Positions 46,562 through 59,218 of a stretch of DNA of 64,000 nt are shown here, one piece after another (within the stretch, counting starts at the first letter, position 1; every line of letters starts with the position of its first letter). The stretch lies in assembly GCA_041567315.1 (NCBI GenBank), contig JBFGCA010000002.1, forward strand, positions 8,055 to 72,054, in the 5' to 3' direction. Under the pieces are notes generated by a model, which did not search any database, was not told the origin of the DNA, and saw only the letters and a program-made list of their open reading frames with translations. The translations under genes were made by a program, and so were the position numbers. This DNA is from Thermoanaerobaculia bacterium. Its GTDB lineage: Bacteria > Acidobacteriota > Thermoanaerobaculia > Multivoradales > JAHEKO01.

Positions 46562-47866
46562 TCAACCGGGCGCCGAGCGCACTTCGAGACCGGTCACCAG
46601 CAGCGACGGCGAGCCCACCATGCCGCCCACCGGCTCGAACCTGAGGTCCCGGGCCACCGCCTGGATCCCGCCCAGCAGGGCCTTGACCGAGCCGCAGAGC
46701 CAGGCCTCGCCGATCGGCCCCTGCGCCCTGCCCTGACGCAGCTCGAAGCCGCAGACCGGCACCGCCAGGCGGTCGCCCTGCGGGTCGACGAGGCCGCCCG
46801 CCCGGGTCTCGGCCAGATAGAACCCGCGGGCCACCGAGCCGACCAGCGAGGCCGCCGACACCGCCGGGTCGGGCTGCAGGTAGAGGTGGCTGGGCGCCAG
46901 CCGGGGCACGTCCCGCCAGCCGTCGCGGCGGACGCAGCCCGAACTCCGGCCCGGGGCGCTGCGCTCGTGACGCCAGGCGACGAGCGGCTGGCGATAGACG
47001 CCGTCCTCGATCAGCAGCACCTCGCGGGTCGGCGTCCCCTCGCCGTCGACCGGAGCCTCCAGCACCCCACCCGGCAGCCGCCCGTCGTCGACCACGGTCA
47101 GCACCGGCGCCCCGATCCGGCCCCGGCGATCGCGCAGACCGGCGGCCAGCTCGGCGCCGTCCGGACCCACCAGCAGGGGCACGAGTCCCGCCAGCAGCCG
47201 CAGCGCCACCGGCGGCGCGATCAGCAGCTCGCCGCGCTCGCGCTCAGGCGGCCGGCCCCGGGCCGGAAGCAACAGCCGGTTCGCCAGCCGGCGGGCGGCG
47301 GCCCGCGCCTCGAGCCGCCGCGCTTCGCCCTCGGCCAGCAGCAGGGTGGTCAGGGCAGCGGCCGGTGGCGGGCCGGCGGCCTCCAGGTAGAGGGCGGCAG
47401 CGCGGCCGCGATAGGCGGCCCGCACCCCCCGCGAGTTGCCGAGCGCTACCTCGCTGGTGCCCTCCTCGACGAACCCCGCCACCAGCCGCGCGCCGGGCGC
47501 CTCGCGGTCCAGCTCGGCGGCGATCGACTCGAGCAGCCGGAACGCCTCGCGCTCGGCCAGCAGCCCGTCCTCGAGCGCGGGCGCCTTCCAGGCCCCGGGC
47601 GACGCCGGCGGGGGTAGCCGCAGGCGCCCGCCGGCGGGCTCGGGCCACGGCCCCTCGGCGACCGGCCGGCCGCTGCCGGCGGCGTGGAAAGAGCCGCGCG
47701 GCGTCCCGGCGCGGACCGCCCAACCCTCCTCCTCGGCGACCGCGGTCGCGGCCCCGGCCGGTCCGATCTCGTAGCGCCGGCTGCGGCCGCGCTTGAGATA
47801 GACCTCGCTGGCCTCGAACCGCTGCCGGCCGAGGGCCTCGAGCAGCGTCTCCAGGAGCCCGGTCAA
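46562..47866 (-). CDS. TldE/PmbA-family metalloprotease
   Basis: C-terminal PmbA_TldD fold (GVYRQPLVAW..., FYLAETRAGGLVDPQGDRLAVPVCGFELRQGRAQGPIGEAWLCGSVKALL). Probable TTG start at 47866 overlapping the tldD-like stop (TTGA). Confidence 0.72.
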   Translation of the reverse strand: MTGLLETLLEALGRQRFEASEVYLKRGRSRRYEIGPAGAATAVAEEEGWAVRAGTPRGSFHAAGSGRPVAEGPWPEPAGGRLRLPPPASPGAWKAPALEDGLLAEREAFRLLESIAAELDREAPGARLVAGFVEEGTSEVALGNSRGVRAAYRGRAAALYLEAAGPPPAAALTTLLLAEGEARRLEARAAARRLANRLLLPARGRPPERERGELLIAPPVALRLLAGLVPLLVGPDGAELAAGLRDRRGRIGAPVLTVVDDGRLPGGVLEAPVDGEGTPTREVLLIEDGVYRQPLVAWRHERSAPGRSSGCVRRDGWRDVPRLAPSHLYLQPDPAVSAASLVGSVARGFYLAETRAGGLVDPQGDRLAVPVCGFELRQGRAQGPIGEAWLCGSVKALLGGIQAVARDLRFEPVGGMVGSPSLLVTGLEVRSAPG

Positions 47867-49176
47867 CCGCTCACCGCGGGCAGCCCTTCGAGCAGCAGGG
47901 CCGGGGTGGAGGCCCACACCGGCAGCCGCGCGCCGGTCTTGGCGCACCAGCCCGCCCCCGCCGGCTCGGTGTCGCTGCCCACGGCGGCGATCGACGACAG
48001 CAGCTCGCCCACCGCGCCCTCGAGCCGGCATGCTCCGGTCCACTCGGCCGGCGCACCGCCGCGGATGACGCGGCCGAACGGCAGCTGCAGGACGCAGCGA
48101 CCGGAGAGCGGATCGAGCCACCCGCGGCTGGCCTGCGGCAGCAGCAGACCGCCCTCGGCGCGAGCCAGCAGCTCGTCGAGCGACGCTTCGCCGGCGAGCA
48201 GCTCGAGGTGTGTGGAGCGCGGCCGCGGCGCTTGATGGCGGCTGCCGCGGCGGCCGGCGCCGGGCACCAGCTCACCGGAGGCCTGGGCGGCCACCAGGTC
48301 GGCGAGTGGCTCCTCCACCACGCCGTCCCGCAGCAGCCAGCGGCGTGCTACCGGGATCCCCTCGTCGTCGGCGGTGCGCCGCACGCCGGCCGGAGCACTC
48401 GCCGGGTCGTCCAGCAGCGCCACGCCGCTCGCCGCCAGCCGCAGTCCGCGGGCGGCGGCCGGACGGCCGCTGAGCGCCAGGGTATCGGCCTCCAGGGCAT
48501 GGGCCACCTCATGGAGCAACACCGCAGCGGCGGCCGGGCCGAGGACCAGCAGCCGCGCCGGTGGCGGCGGCGGCGCCTCCCGGGCGCGGAAGGCGCCCAC
48601 CAGGCCCTCCGCCAGCCGCTCGGCCGCCGCCTCGTCGAGCGCCGGCAGCAGACCTCCGAAGACGCCCCAGGGGGCCTCGGCGCGGTAGCTGAAGAACAGC
48701 TCCGACTGCGGCTCGGCGGTCAGCGTCGTGCCCACCACCTGCAGCCAGCGCCGGTGGCGACGCAGGGTCAGCCGCAGGGGAAAGGCGGCGTGGTGGGCGC
48801 GGATCCGGCGGCTCAGGCAGGCCGGCCAGGCCGCCAGCTCGGCGGTCTCCCAGGGCCAGGCCATGGGCTCCGGGTCGAGACGCGGCTCCGGCGGGGCCGC
48901 CGGCGGCAGGGCGCGGGCCACCTGCCGGAGGGCCGCTGCGAACGCCCGCGGCGCGATGCCGTCGCGGGAGGCGAGCCAGCTCTGCCCGCCGCGGACCAGC
49001 CGGACGGCCAGCCCCTCCTCCCGCCGCGCCAGCAGCCCCGGCTCCCGGCGCTCGCCGGCCAGCTCCACCTCCTCCAGACGCTCGAAGAAGGCGTCCGCCA
49101 GATCGCCCGAACGATCGGCCACCGCGGCGAGAGCGCGGGCCACGGCGCCCGTATCGAGTCCGGTGGCCAGCACCGG
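47863..49176 (-). CDS. TldD-family metalloprotease
   Basis: HEVAHALE (HExxH-like TldD motif), C-terminal LLLPQASRGWLDPLSGRCVLQLPFGRVIRGG. Start approximate (GTG near 49176); the long N-terminal ORF extension is frame noise. Confidence 0.75.
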   Translation of the reverse strand, partial: PVLATGLDTGAVARALAAVADRSGDLADAFFERLEEVELAGERREPGLLARREEGLAVRLVRGGQSWLASRDGIAPRAFAAALRQVARALPPAAPPEPRLDPEPMAWPWETAELAAWPACLSRRIRAHHAAFPLRLTLRRHRRWLQVVGTTLTAEPQSELFFSYRAEAPWGVFGGLLPALDEAAAERLAEGLVGAFRAREAPPPPPARLLVLGPAAAAVLLHEVAHALEADTLALSGRPAAARGLRLAASGVALLDDPASAPAGVRRTADDEGIPVARRWLLRDGVVEEPLADLVAAQASGELVPGAGRRGSRHQAPRPRSTHLELLAGEASLDELLARAEGGLLLPQASRGWLDPLSGRCVLQLPFGRVIRGGAPAEWTGACRLEGAVGELLSSIAAVGSDTEPAGAGWCAKTGARLPVWASTPALLLEGLPAVSG

Positions 49177-49288
49177 CCGAGCATAACGGCATGCACGGCG
49201 CACCCCGGCGGCGGACCGGCGGCGGCGCGACGGTAAGATACGCGCGCCCCGCCGGCCGCCGGTGCGGCCGGGTGCGCGCCCGCCAGCC

Positions 49289-50860
<1,572 letters not shown>

Positions 50861-50945
50861 CGGGCTACCAGCTCGCTTGACACTCGCAGCCGCCTCGTAC
50901 AAGCTCCGCCGGGCACTGGTGGCGGAGACGGCGAGCGGAGATCTC

Positions 50946-51419
50946 ATGCGGGAAAAAGACAGAGAGCTGAGACGGCGGCGGCAGCGGCGCCGCAAGCGTC
51001 TCAAGCTGCGGCGGCGCGAGGAGCTGACCAAGATCAAGAGCGAGCGGCGGCAGCGGCGGGCGAAGGCGGCCGACGGGGCGGGCGAGCAGGCCACCGCCAA
51101 GAAGACCGCGGCGGCGGCCGAGGAGGCCAAGGCCGAGAAGACCACCGCCAAGAAGGCCGCGGCCAAGAAAACCGCCGCCAAGAAAACCGCCAAGAAGGCG
51201 CCCGCCAAGAAGGCCGCGACCAAGAAGCCCGCCGCCAAGAAGACTGCCGCCAAGAAAACCGCCGCCAAGAAAACCGCCGCCAAGAAAACCGCCGCCAAGA
51301 AAACCGCCGCCAAGAAAACCGCCGCCAAGAAAACCGCCAAGAAGACTGCCGCCAAGAAGACCGCCGCCAAGAAGGCCGCGGCCGAGAAGTCCGCCGAGAC
51401 CGGGACCGCCAGCGAATAG
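50946..51419 (+). CDS. histone H1-like lysine/alanine-rich DNA-binding protein (AAKKT repeats)
   Basis: ATG 50946 with GGAG upstream. Basic N-terminus then about 20 tandem (T)AAKK(T/A) pentapeptide repeats encoded by a 15-bp DNA tandem repeat. Confidence 0.7.
   Translation: MREKDRELRRRRQRRRKRLKLRRREELTKIKSERRQRRAKAADGAGEQATAKKTAAAAEEAKAEKTTAKKAAAKKTAAKKTAKKAPAKKAATKKPAAKKTAAKKTAAKKTAAKKTAAKKTAAKKTAAKKTAKKTAAKKTAAKKAAAEKSAETGTASE
51140..51390 (+). repeat. 15-bp tandem repeat (gccgccaagaaaacc)n inside the H1-like CDS
   Basis: At least 6 perfect and about 10 degenerate consecutive copies of aagaaaaccgccgcc. Confidence 0.85.
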
Positions 51420-51494
51420 CGGACCCCCAGCGCCACCGGCGGTGACGCCCGGATCTCCCGAGATCCTGCGATCCTCGCCCCGGGGCACCCTCCG

Positions 51495-52729
<1,235 letters not shown>

Positions 52730-52748
<19 letters not shown>

Positions 52749-54112
52749 GCCGGCCCGGCGATCGCCGGCTGGGCCTCCGGTTGCCACCCCCCGCTGGCCC
52801 GCAGCGGCGCGGCCGCCGGCGGCGGCACTCCGAAGCGCCGGCGTAGCAGGGTCCTCACCTCGCCCACCAGATAGATCGAGCCGCACACCACCAGCAGCTC
52901 CGGCTCCTCGGCCAGCGCCACCGACAGCGCCTCCTCGACCCGTTCCACCACCGCGGTGGGCACCGACGCCGGAGCCTGGGCGCGCAGCGCCGCCGCCGGC
53001 ACCGCCCGGTCGCTGTCCGGACGGGTGAGCACCAGCCGCCGGGCACCGCGGGCCAGCGGCGGCAGGATCGCTCCCACCTCCTTGTCGCTCAGCGCCCCGA
53101 AGAGCAGCGTGTAGCGCGGCGCGTGACGCTCCAGGAAGCGGCACAGACAGCGCGCCCCGTCGGGGTTGTGGGCGGCGTCCAGCAGACAGCGGCGGCCGCC
53201 CGGAAGCGCCACCGGCTCGAGGCGACCCGGCCAGCCGGCCGCCGCCACCCCGGCTTCGATCGCCGCCCGGGTCAGACGCGGCCACCCCGCCCCGGAGAGG
53301 GTCTCGGCGGCGAGGACGGCCAGGGAAAGGTTGCCGATCTGGTGCTCGCCTCCCAGACCGAGCCCCAGCCGGTAGACCGACGACGGCGTCCGCAGGGTCA
53401 CCTCCTGGCCGTGCCAGCCGTGGTCCCGGCGCCCCCGGAGCCGCACCAGACCGCGCGCCAGCCGCAGCTCGGCGCCGATCTCGGCGGCGGCCTCCTGGAG
53501 CGCCCGGCGGGCGGCCGGGCGGCCGGTCCAGGCGAAGGCGGGCCGCCCGGCGCGCAGGATGCCGGCCTTCTCGCGGGCGATGGCGGCCAGGGTGTCACCG
53601 AGATAGCTGCGGTGCTCGAGCCCGATCTCGGTGATCAGCGATACGGCCGGCTGGCTGAGGTTGGTGGCGTCGAGCCGCCCCCCCATCCCCACCTCGAGCA
53701 CCGCCAGCTCGACCCGCTGGCGGGCGAAGTGGCTGAAGGCGGCGGCGGTCAGCGCCTCGAAGTAGGTCGGCAGGTGCCCAAGGGCGCCCTTCGCCGACGG
53801 CACCACCTCGGCCAGCAGCTCGCCCAGCTCGCTGCCCGGGATCGCCCGCCCGTCGATCCGGATCCTCTCCTCGACCGCCTCGAGGTGGGGCGAGGTGTAG
53901 AGCCCGGTCCGGTAGCCGGCCGCGCTGCCGATCGCCGCCAGGATGGCGGCCGTCGAGCCCTTGCCGTTGGTGCCCCCGACCAGCACCACCGGCAGCCCGG
54001 CGTGGGGGTCGCCCAGGGTGGCCAGCACCCGTCGGGTGCTGTCCAGGCCCAGCCTGACGCCGAACCGCGCCAGCCGGCCCAGGAGCTGGCTGGCCTGCGG
54101 GGGAAGGGTCAC
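52730..54112 (-). CDS. folC: bifunctional folylpolyglutamate synthase / dihydrofolate synthase
   Basis: Mur-ligase fold: GTNGKGST P-loop, [14 protein letters not shown]-terminal domain. Lies immediately downstream of accD as in many proteobacteria. The 3' end overlaps glyA convergently. Confidence 0.88.
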
Positions 54113-54137
54113 CGCGGGGAAGCCGGCACCGGGGCGC

Positions 54138-55016
54138 TCAGGACCCGGCCGGGGCCTTGCGTGCCGGCGCGCGGGCGAGGTGCCGGAGGGCGCGGGCCAG
54201 GGTCTCCTTGAGCTCGGTCCGCGGCACCACCAGGTCGAGGAACCCGTGAGCGAGCAGGAACTCGCTGCGCTGGAAGCCCTCGGGCAGGCTCTCGCCGATG
54301 GTCTGCTCGATCACCCGCGGCCCGGCGAAGCCGATCAGCGCGCCCGGCTCGGCGATGTTGAGGTCCCCGAGCATGGCGAACGAAGCCGTGACCCCGCCGG
54401 TGGTGGGATCGGTGAGCACCGAGAGGAACGGCAGCCGGGCGCGTCGCAGGCGCTCGAGGGCGGCGCTGATCTTGGCCATCTGCATCAGCGACAGCGCCCC
54501 CTCCTGCATGCGGGCGCCGCCCGAGGCGGCCACCGTCACCAGCGGCCGGCGGCGCTTGAGCGCCTCCTCGGCGGCGCGGGTGATCTTCTCGCCCACCACC
54601 GAACCCATCGACCCGCCCATGAACCGGTACTCCATCGCCGCCAGCACCACCGGGATCCCGTCGAGGCCGCCGGTCACCACCGCCACCGCCTCGGGCTCGC
54701 CGGCCCGCTGGCGGTTGGCACGCAGCCGCTCGCGGTAGGACTGGGTGTCCTTGAAGCCCAGCGGGTCGAGCGGCCGCAGCCCGGCGAACAGCTCGCGCGG
54801 CGACTCGTCGTCGAGCAGCAGCGCGATCCGCTCGCGGGCGCCGATCCGGAAGTGATGCCCGCACTTGGGGCAGATCCTGAGGTTCCGCGTCAGCTCCTTC
54901 GCGTAGACGATCTCCCGGCAGCCGTCGCACTTGACCCACAGCCCCTGGGGCATGCGCTGCCGCGAGCGCGCCGGCGGGGTCTGCTTGGGTTTCTTGACGC
55001 GCTTGAACCAGGCCAT
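54138..55016 (-). CDS. accD: acetyl-CoA carboxylase carboxyltransferase beta subunit
   Basis: Start ATG 55016 ([11 protein letters not shown]). Zn-finger [13 protein letters not shown]...CPKCGHH and carboxyltransferase core ([23 protein letters not shown]). Confidence 0.9.
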   Translation of the reverse strand: MAWFKRVKKPKQTPPARSRQRMPQGLWVKCDGCREIVYAKELTRNLRICPKCGHHFRIGARERIALLLDDESPRELFAGLRPLDPLGFKDTQSYRERLRANRQRAGEPEAVAVVTGGLDGIPVVLAAMEYRFMGGSMGSVVGEKITRAAEEALKRRRPLVTVAASGGARMQEGALSLMQMAKISAALERLRRARLPFLSVLTDPTTGGVTASFAMLGDLNIAEPGALIGFAGPRVIEQTIGESLPEGFQRSEFLLAHGFLDLVVPRTELKETLARALRHLARAPARKAPAGS

Positions 55017-55276
55017 CGAAAGGCCCTCGCGGGGCCCCTTGCGCGAGCCTTCCGTTGGCTGCGGGTGCCCCGCGGGCCGCTCGGCAGGGTGGAGAACAGC
55101 CCTTGTTTCTAGCACTCCCGTCGACGACAGTCAATCCGGAAGTTGTTGCGCGACAGCGAGTTAGAGAGGCGCCGGGCAACCCTCCCTGGCGGCGGCCGCG
55201 GACTGACACTAGACTAGCCGTAGGCCGTTCCCCCGGCCCGCGCGGGACGAGCGGTCCGCCAGAGAGGGATTGCACC

Positions 55277-56023
55277 ATGGCAGGTCACAGCAAGTGGGCG
55301 CAGATCAAGCGCAAGAAAGCCGTCACCGACGCCCGGCGCGGACAGCGCTGGACGAAGATCCTCAAGGAGATCACCGTTGCTGCCCGGCTGGGGGGCGGTG
55401 ACGCCGACGGCAACCCGCGGCTGCGGGCCGCGGTCCAGGAGGCCAAGGCCGCCAACGTGCCCAACGACAACATCGAGCGCGCCATCAAACGGGGCACCGG
55501 TCAGCTCGAGGGCGTCGAGTACGAGGAGGCGGTCTACGAGGGCTACGGTCCGGGGGGCGTCGCCATCCTGGTGGCCACCGTCACCGACAACAAGAACCGC
55601 ACCGTCTCCGAGCTCCGGCACCTGTTCTCCAGGGCCGGCGGCAACCTGGGCGAGAGCGGCTGCGTCGCCTGGATGTTCGAGAAGCGCGGCTACTTCGCCT
55701 TCGAGCGCGGCGTCATGGCCGAGGAGAAGTTCATGGAGCTGGCGCTCGAGGTGGGGGCCGCCGACCTGTCGATCGACGACGAGACCTACGAGCTCTACAC
55801 CCAGCCCGAGGACTACGCTTCCGTCCGCGACGAGCTGGAGCGGCGCGAGCTGCCGGTGGAGGGCGAGCTGGCCATGCTGCCGCAGAGCTACGTCGAGGTC
55901 GAGGAGGAGCGGGTGCCGCCGCTGCTGCGGCTGATGGAGGCGCTCGAGGAGCACGACGACGTCCAGCACGTGTGGGCCAACTTCGACCTCGACTCGGAGG
56001 TGGTGGCGGCACGCTCCGCCTAG
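55277..56023 (+). CDS. yebC: YebC/PmpR family DNA-binding transcriptional regulator
   Basis: MAGHSKWAQIKRKKAVTDARRGQRWTKI...GNPRLRAAVQEAKAANVPNDNIERAIKRG is the canonical YebC N-terminus. Start at ATG 55277. Confidence 0.95.
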   Translation: MAGHSKWAQIKRKKAVTDARRGQRWTKILKEITVAARLGGGDADGNPRLRAAVQEAKAANVPNDNIERAIKRGTGQLEGVEYEEAVYEGYGPGGVAILVATVTDNKNRTVSELRHLFSRAGGNLGESGCVAWMFEKRGYFAFERGVMAEEKFMELALEVGAADLSIDDETYELYTQPEDYASVRDELERRELPVEGELAMLPQSYVEVEEERVPPLLRLMEALEEHDDVQHVWANFDLDSEVVAARSA

Positions 56024-56059
56024 GGGCCCACGACGGGCTCCCGACCCGCGACCGGTCAC

Positions 56060-56560
56060 GTGCGGATCCTGGGCATCGACCCCGGCAGCCGGCACACCGG
56101 CTACGGCGTGGTCGAGCTGCACGGCGACGAGCTCGAACCCCTCGACTGGGGGCGGCTGTCCTGCCCGCCTCGCGAGCCGGTGCCGCAGCGGCTCGCCCGG
56201 CTGGCGGCCGGCCTAGAGGAGCTACTCGGCCGCTGGCAGCCCGACGCCGCGGTCCTGGAGACACCGTTCCACGGCTTGAACGCCCGGTCTCTGGTGGTCC
56301 TGGCCCAGGCCCGCGGCGCGCTGCTGGCGGTGCTGGCCGGCCGCCGGGTGCCGATCCACGAGTACAGCCCGGCCGAGGTCAAGAGCGCCGTCACCGGCCA
56401 CGGCAGGGCCGACAAGCGGCAGATGGCGCGCATGGTCGGGCTCCAGCTGGCTCTTCCCGAGGAGGCGGGAGAGGACGCCGCCGACGCCCTCGCCCTGGCC
56501 CTGTGCTTCGCGCGGCGGCGGCGCCTCGACCGGCTGGCCGGGACCTCCCGGGCGCGTTGA
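56060..56560 (+). CDS. ruvC: crossover junction endodeoxyribonuclease RuvC
   Basis: GTG start. VRILGIDPGSRHTGYGVVE and catalytic acidic residues (E...D...DAADALALAL). The conserved yebC-ruvC adjacency supports the call. Confidence 0.93.
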   Translation: MRILGIDPGSRHTGYGVVELHGDELEPLDWGRLSCPPREPVPQRLARLAAGLEELLGRWQPDAAVLETPFHGLNARSLVVLAQARGALLAVLAGRRVPIHEYSPAEVKSAVTGHGRADKRQMARMVGLQLALPEEAGEDAADALALALCFARRRRLDRLAGTSRAR

Positions 56561-56774
56561 GGGCCGCCCCGCCCGCGCCTTGAGGGCACGGGGAGCTCTG
56601 TGCTAGCATCGCCGCCTTGTCTTCGCTTCAAGTGAAGGCTAGACTGTGCTAGCTCGTAGGGAGCGCTTCCCGTTACCCGAAATCGAAAACCGCGCGGGCC
56701 CCAGGCCCGTCAACCCGGGGGCGGGAACCTCAGCCCTGCTCTTCGGGTCTAATCTCACGTAGAGGAGGAAGAAC

Positions 56775-57464
56775 GTGCAATTCGGCGGAACTTTCATGGA
56801 GATCTTCCGGGAGGGAGGCCCGGTCATGTGGCCCCTCTTGCTCTTCTCGATCCTCGGCCTGGTGTTCATCATCGAGCGCTCCATCGCCCTGCGCAGGGCC
56901 AAGATCAACGTCAACGAGTTCCTCGCCAAGATCCGCAAGTCGCTGATCGTCAACCGCTCGATCCGCGACGCCATCAAGGTCTGCGAGGACTACCGCGGAC
57001 CGGTGCCGTCGATCCTCAAGGCCGGCCTGCTCAAGTACGGCCAGCCCAAGGAGGACGTCGAGAAGACCATCGAGAACGCCGCCCTCTTCGAGATGGGCCG
57101 GCTGGAGCGCAACCTGGTGTGGCTGGCGTCGATCGCCAACGTGGCACCGCTGCTCGGCTTCTTCGGCACCGTGGCGGGGATGATCAAGTCGTTCGACGCG
57201 CTGGCCGAGGCCGGTCTATCCAACCCCGGGCTGGTGGCGGCCGGTATCTCCGAGGCGCTGATCACTACGGCCACCGGTCTGGCGGTGGCGATCCCAGTGC
57301 AGTTGGCCTACAACTTCTTCATGAGCCGGATCAACAAGTTCGTCCGCGACATCGAGACCTCGACCAACATGCTGCTCGAGACCTTCGGCGAGATGCAGCG
57401 CAGCGGCATCGCGCCGGAGCCCCCGGCGGCGCCGGGAAGCGGCAAGGCAGCGGCGGCCGGCTAG
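56775..57464 (+). CDS. exbB: MotA/TolQ/ExbB proton-channel family protein
   Basis: AGGAGG RBS then GTG 56775. Three TM helices and the conserved LASIANVAPLLGFFGTVAGMIKSF region. Confidence 0.85.
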   Translation: MQFGGTFMEIFREGGPVMWPLLLFSILGLVFIIERSIALRRAKINVNEFLAKIRKSLIVNRSIRDAIKVCEDYRGPVPSILKAGLLKYGQPKEDVEKTIENAALFEMGRLERNLVWLASIANVAPLLGFFGTVAGMIKSFDALAEAGLSNPGLVAAGISEALITTATGLAVAIPVQLAYNFFMSRINKFVRDIETSTNMLLETFGEMQRSGIAPEPPAAPGSGKAAAAG

Positions 57465-57482
57465 TCCGGAGGGAGGCGACCG

Positions 57483-57923
57483 ATGAGGCTCCACGTTCGC
57501 TCGACGCAGAACCAGGGGATCCCGACCGCCTCGATGGCGGACATCGCCTTCCTGCTGATCATCTTCTTCATGGTGACGATCAACTTCGAGGTCGACAAGA
57601 CCCAGGTGCGGCTGCCGAAGACGGCAATCCGTCTCGAGATCCCCAAGAAGGCAGCCTACATCTCGATCACCGAGGCCGGACAGATCCGGGTCTCGAGCGG
57701 CGAGGAGATCAGCGTGCCGGTGCCCGGTCCGGAGGACGTGCTGTCCTTCGCCGCCGGGGTGGTGGCCTCTGATCCCTACAAGCCGTTCGTGCTCAAGGCC
57801 GATCGCACGGTCCCCTACCGCTACGTCGACCGGGTGATCGACGCGCTCAAACAGGCCAAGGCCGAGGTCATCTACCTGCTCTCGGAGCAGGAGACGATCG
57901 AGGCCCAGGCGGCCGGAGGTTAG
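57483..57923 (+). CDS. exbD: biopolymer transport protein ExbD/TolR
   Basis: [20 protein letters not shown] is the typical ExbD N-terminal TM. 146 aa. Confidence 0.85.
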   Translation: MRLHVRSTQNQGIPTASMADIAFLLIIFFMVTINFEVDKTQVRLPKTAIRLEIPKKAAYISITEAGQIRVSSGEEISVPVPGPEDVLSFAAGVVASDPYKPFVLKADRTVPYRYVDRVIDALKQAKAEVIYLLSEQETIEAQAAGG

Positions 57924-57927
57924 CCCC

Positions 57928-58362
57928 ATGAAGCTCAAGCGCGGCACCGTCAGCGACGAGATCCCGACCGCCTCGATGGCGGACATCGCCTTCCTGCTGA
58001 TCATCTACTTCATGGTCACCACCACCTTCGCCGCCACCCGCGGCCTCGACTTCTCGCTGCCGCAGGAGGAGGACAGCCCGCTGGTCGACAAGGAAGAGTC
58101 GGTGCTCATCGAGATCCAGCCGGGCGGCGTGCTGGTGGTCGACGGCAAGACGATGCAGCTCGACGGCATCCTCGACTACCTGGAGCCCAAGCTCGAGCGC
58201 AACCCGATGAAGCCGGTGATCATCCGGCCGGCCGAGAACGCCGAGTACGGCTTCATGGTGGACGTCTTCGACGAGCTCCGGCAGTCGCCCGAGAAGAAGG
58301 GCTTCGAGATCAAGAACGTCTCGATCCCGACCCAACGGGAAATCGACATGTTCTGGTACTAG
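57928..58362 (+). CDS. exbD: biopolymer transport protein ExbD/TolR (second copy)
   Basis: [20 protein letters not shown]; paralogous to the preceding gene. 144 aa. Confidence 0.85.
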   Translation: MKLKRGTVSDEIPTASMADIAFLLIIYFMVTTTFAATRGLDFSLPQEEDSPLVDKEESVLIEIQPGGVLVVDGKTMQLDGILDYLEPKLERNPMKPVIIRPAENAEYGFMVDVFDELRQSPEKKGFEIKNVSIPTQREIDMFWY

Positions 58363-58372
58363 GACGGAACCG

Positions 58373-59086
58373 ATGGCGAAAAAGCAAGCACAGCCCAGGG
58401 CCGAGCGGACCGACGCCGAGCTGGCGGTCGCCGCCGAGGAGACCTTCGCCCACGAGTACGAAGAGGATCAGCGCACGATGCGCTGGGCGATCATCGGCGC
58501 CATCATCTTCCACGCCATCCTCTTCATCATCAAGCTGCCGGAGATCATCGCCGAGGCGGCGGAGGCCAAGAAGCAGAAGGTCTACGTCGTCCAGCAGGTG
58601 CGCTTCAAGCCGCCGCCCCCCAAGCAGCAGCAGGAGATCCCCAAGCCGCGCTCCAAGAAGGTGCCGATCCCCGACCCGACGCCCGACGAGCCGGAGCCCA
58701 TCCGGCTGCCCGACGACATCGAGCCCGAGATCGAGATCCCCGACACCGACCTGATCTTCGACATTCCGGACGCCCCACCGCCTCCCGAGCCGGAGGGCCC
58801 GATCCGGGTCGGCGGCGACGTCAAGCCGCCCGAGAAGATCGTCGCGCCCTCCCCGCAGTACACCGAGATCGCCCGCAAGGCGCGCATCCAGGGAGTGGTG
58901 ATCGTCGAAGCGATCATCGACAAGCAGGGCAACGTCACCAACGTCAAGATCCTCAAGGGGCTGCCCATGGGCCTCGACCAGGCGGCGGCGGACGCGGTCA
59001 AGAAGTGGAAGTTCGAGCCGGCCACCCTCAACGGCAAGCCGGTGGCGGTGATCTACAACCTGACCGTGAACTTCCGGTTGCAGTAG
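58373..59086 (+). CDS. tonB: energy transducer TonB
   Basis: N-terminal TM, Pro-rich spacer ([13 protein letters not shown]...[10 protein letters not shown]) and C-terminal TonB_C domain ([48 protein letters not shown]). Confidence 0.82.
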   Translation: MAKKQAQPRAERTDAELAVAAEETFAHEYEEDQRTMRWAIIGAIIFHAILFIIKLPEIIAEAAEAKKQKVYVVQQVRFKPPPPKQQQEIPKPRSKKVPIPDPTPDEPEPIRLPDDIEPEIEIPDTDLIFDIPDAPPPPEPEGPIRVGGDVKPPEKIVAPSPQYTEIARKARIQGVVIVEAIIDKQGNVTNVKILKGLPMGLDQAAADAVKKWKFEPATLNGKPVAVIYNLTVNFRLQ

Positions 59087-59218
59087 CGGGCCGTCAGGCC
59101 GGTGGCACCGGCACCGATCTTGCTGATGGGTAGCAGGTGGCTAGCAGTCGTGGTCCTCAGGGTTCGTCACCAGCGGGTCCCCGGACCAGGAAGCCCTGAA
59201 GACCCCAAGGAGGCCGAG

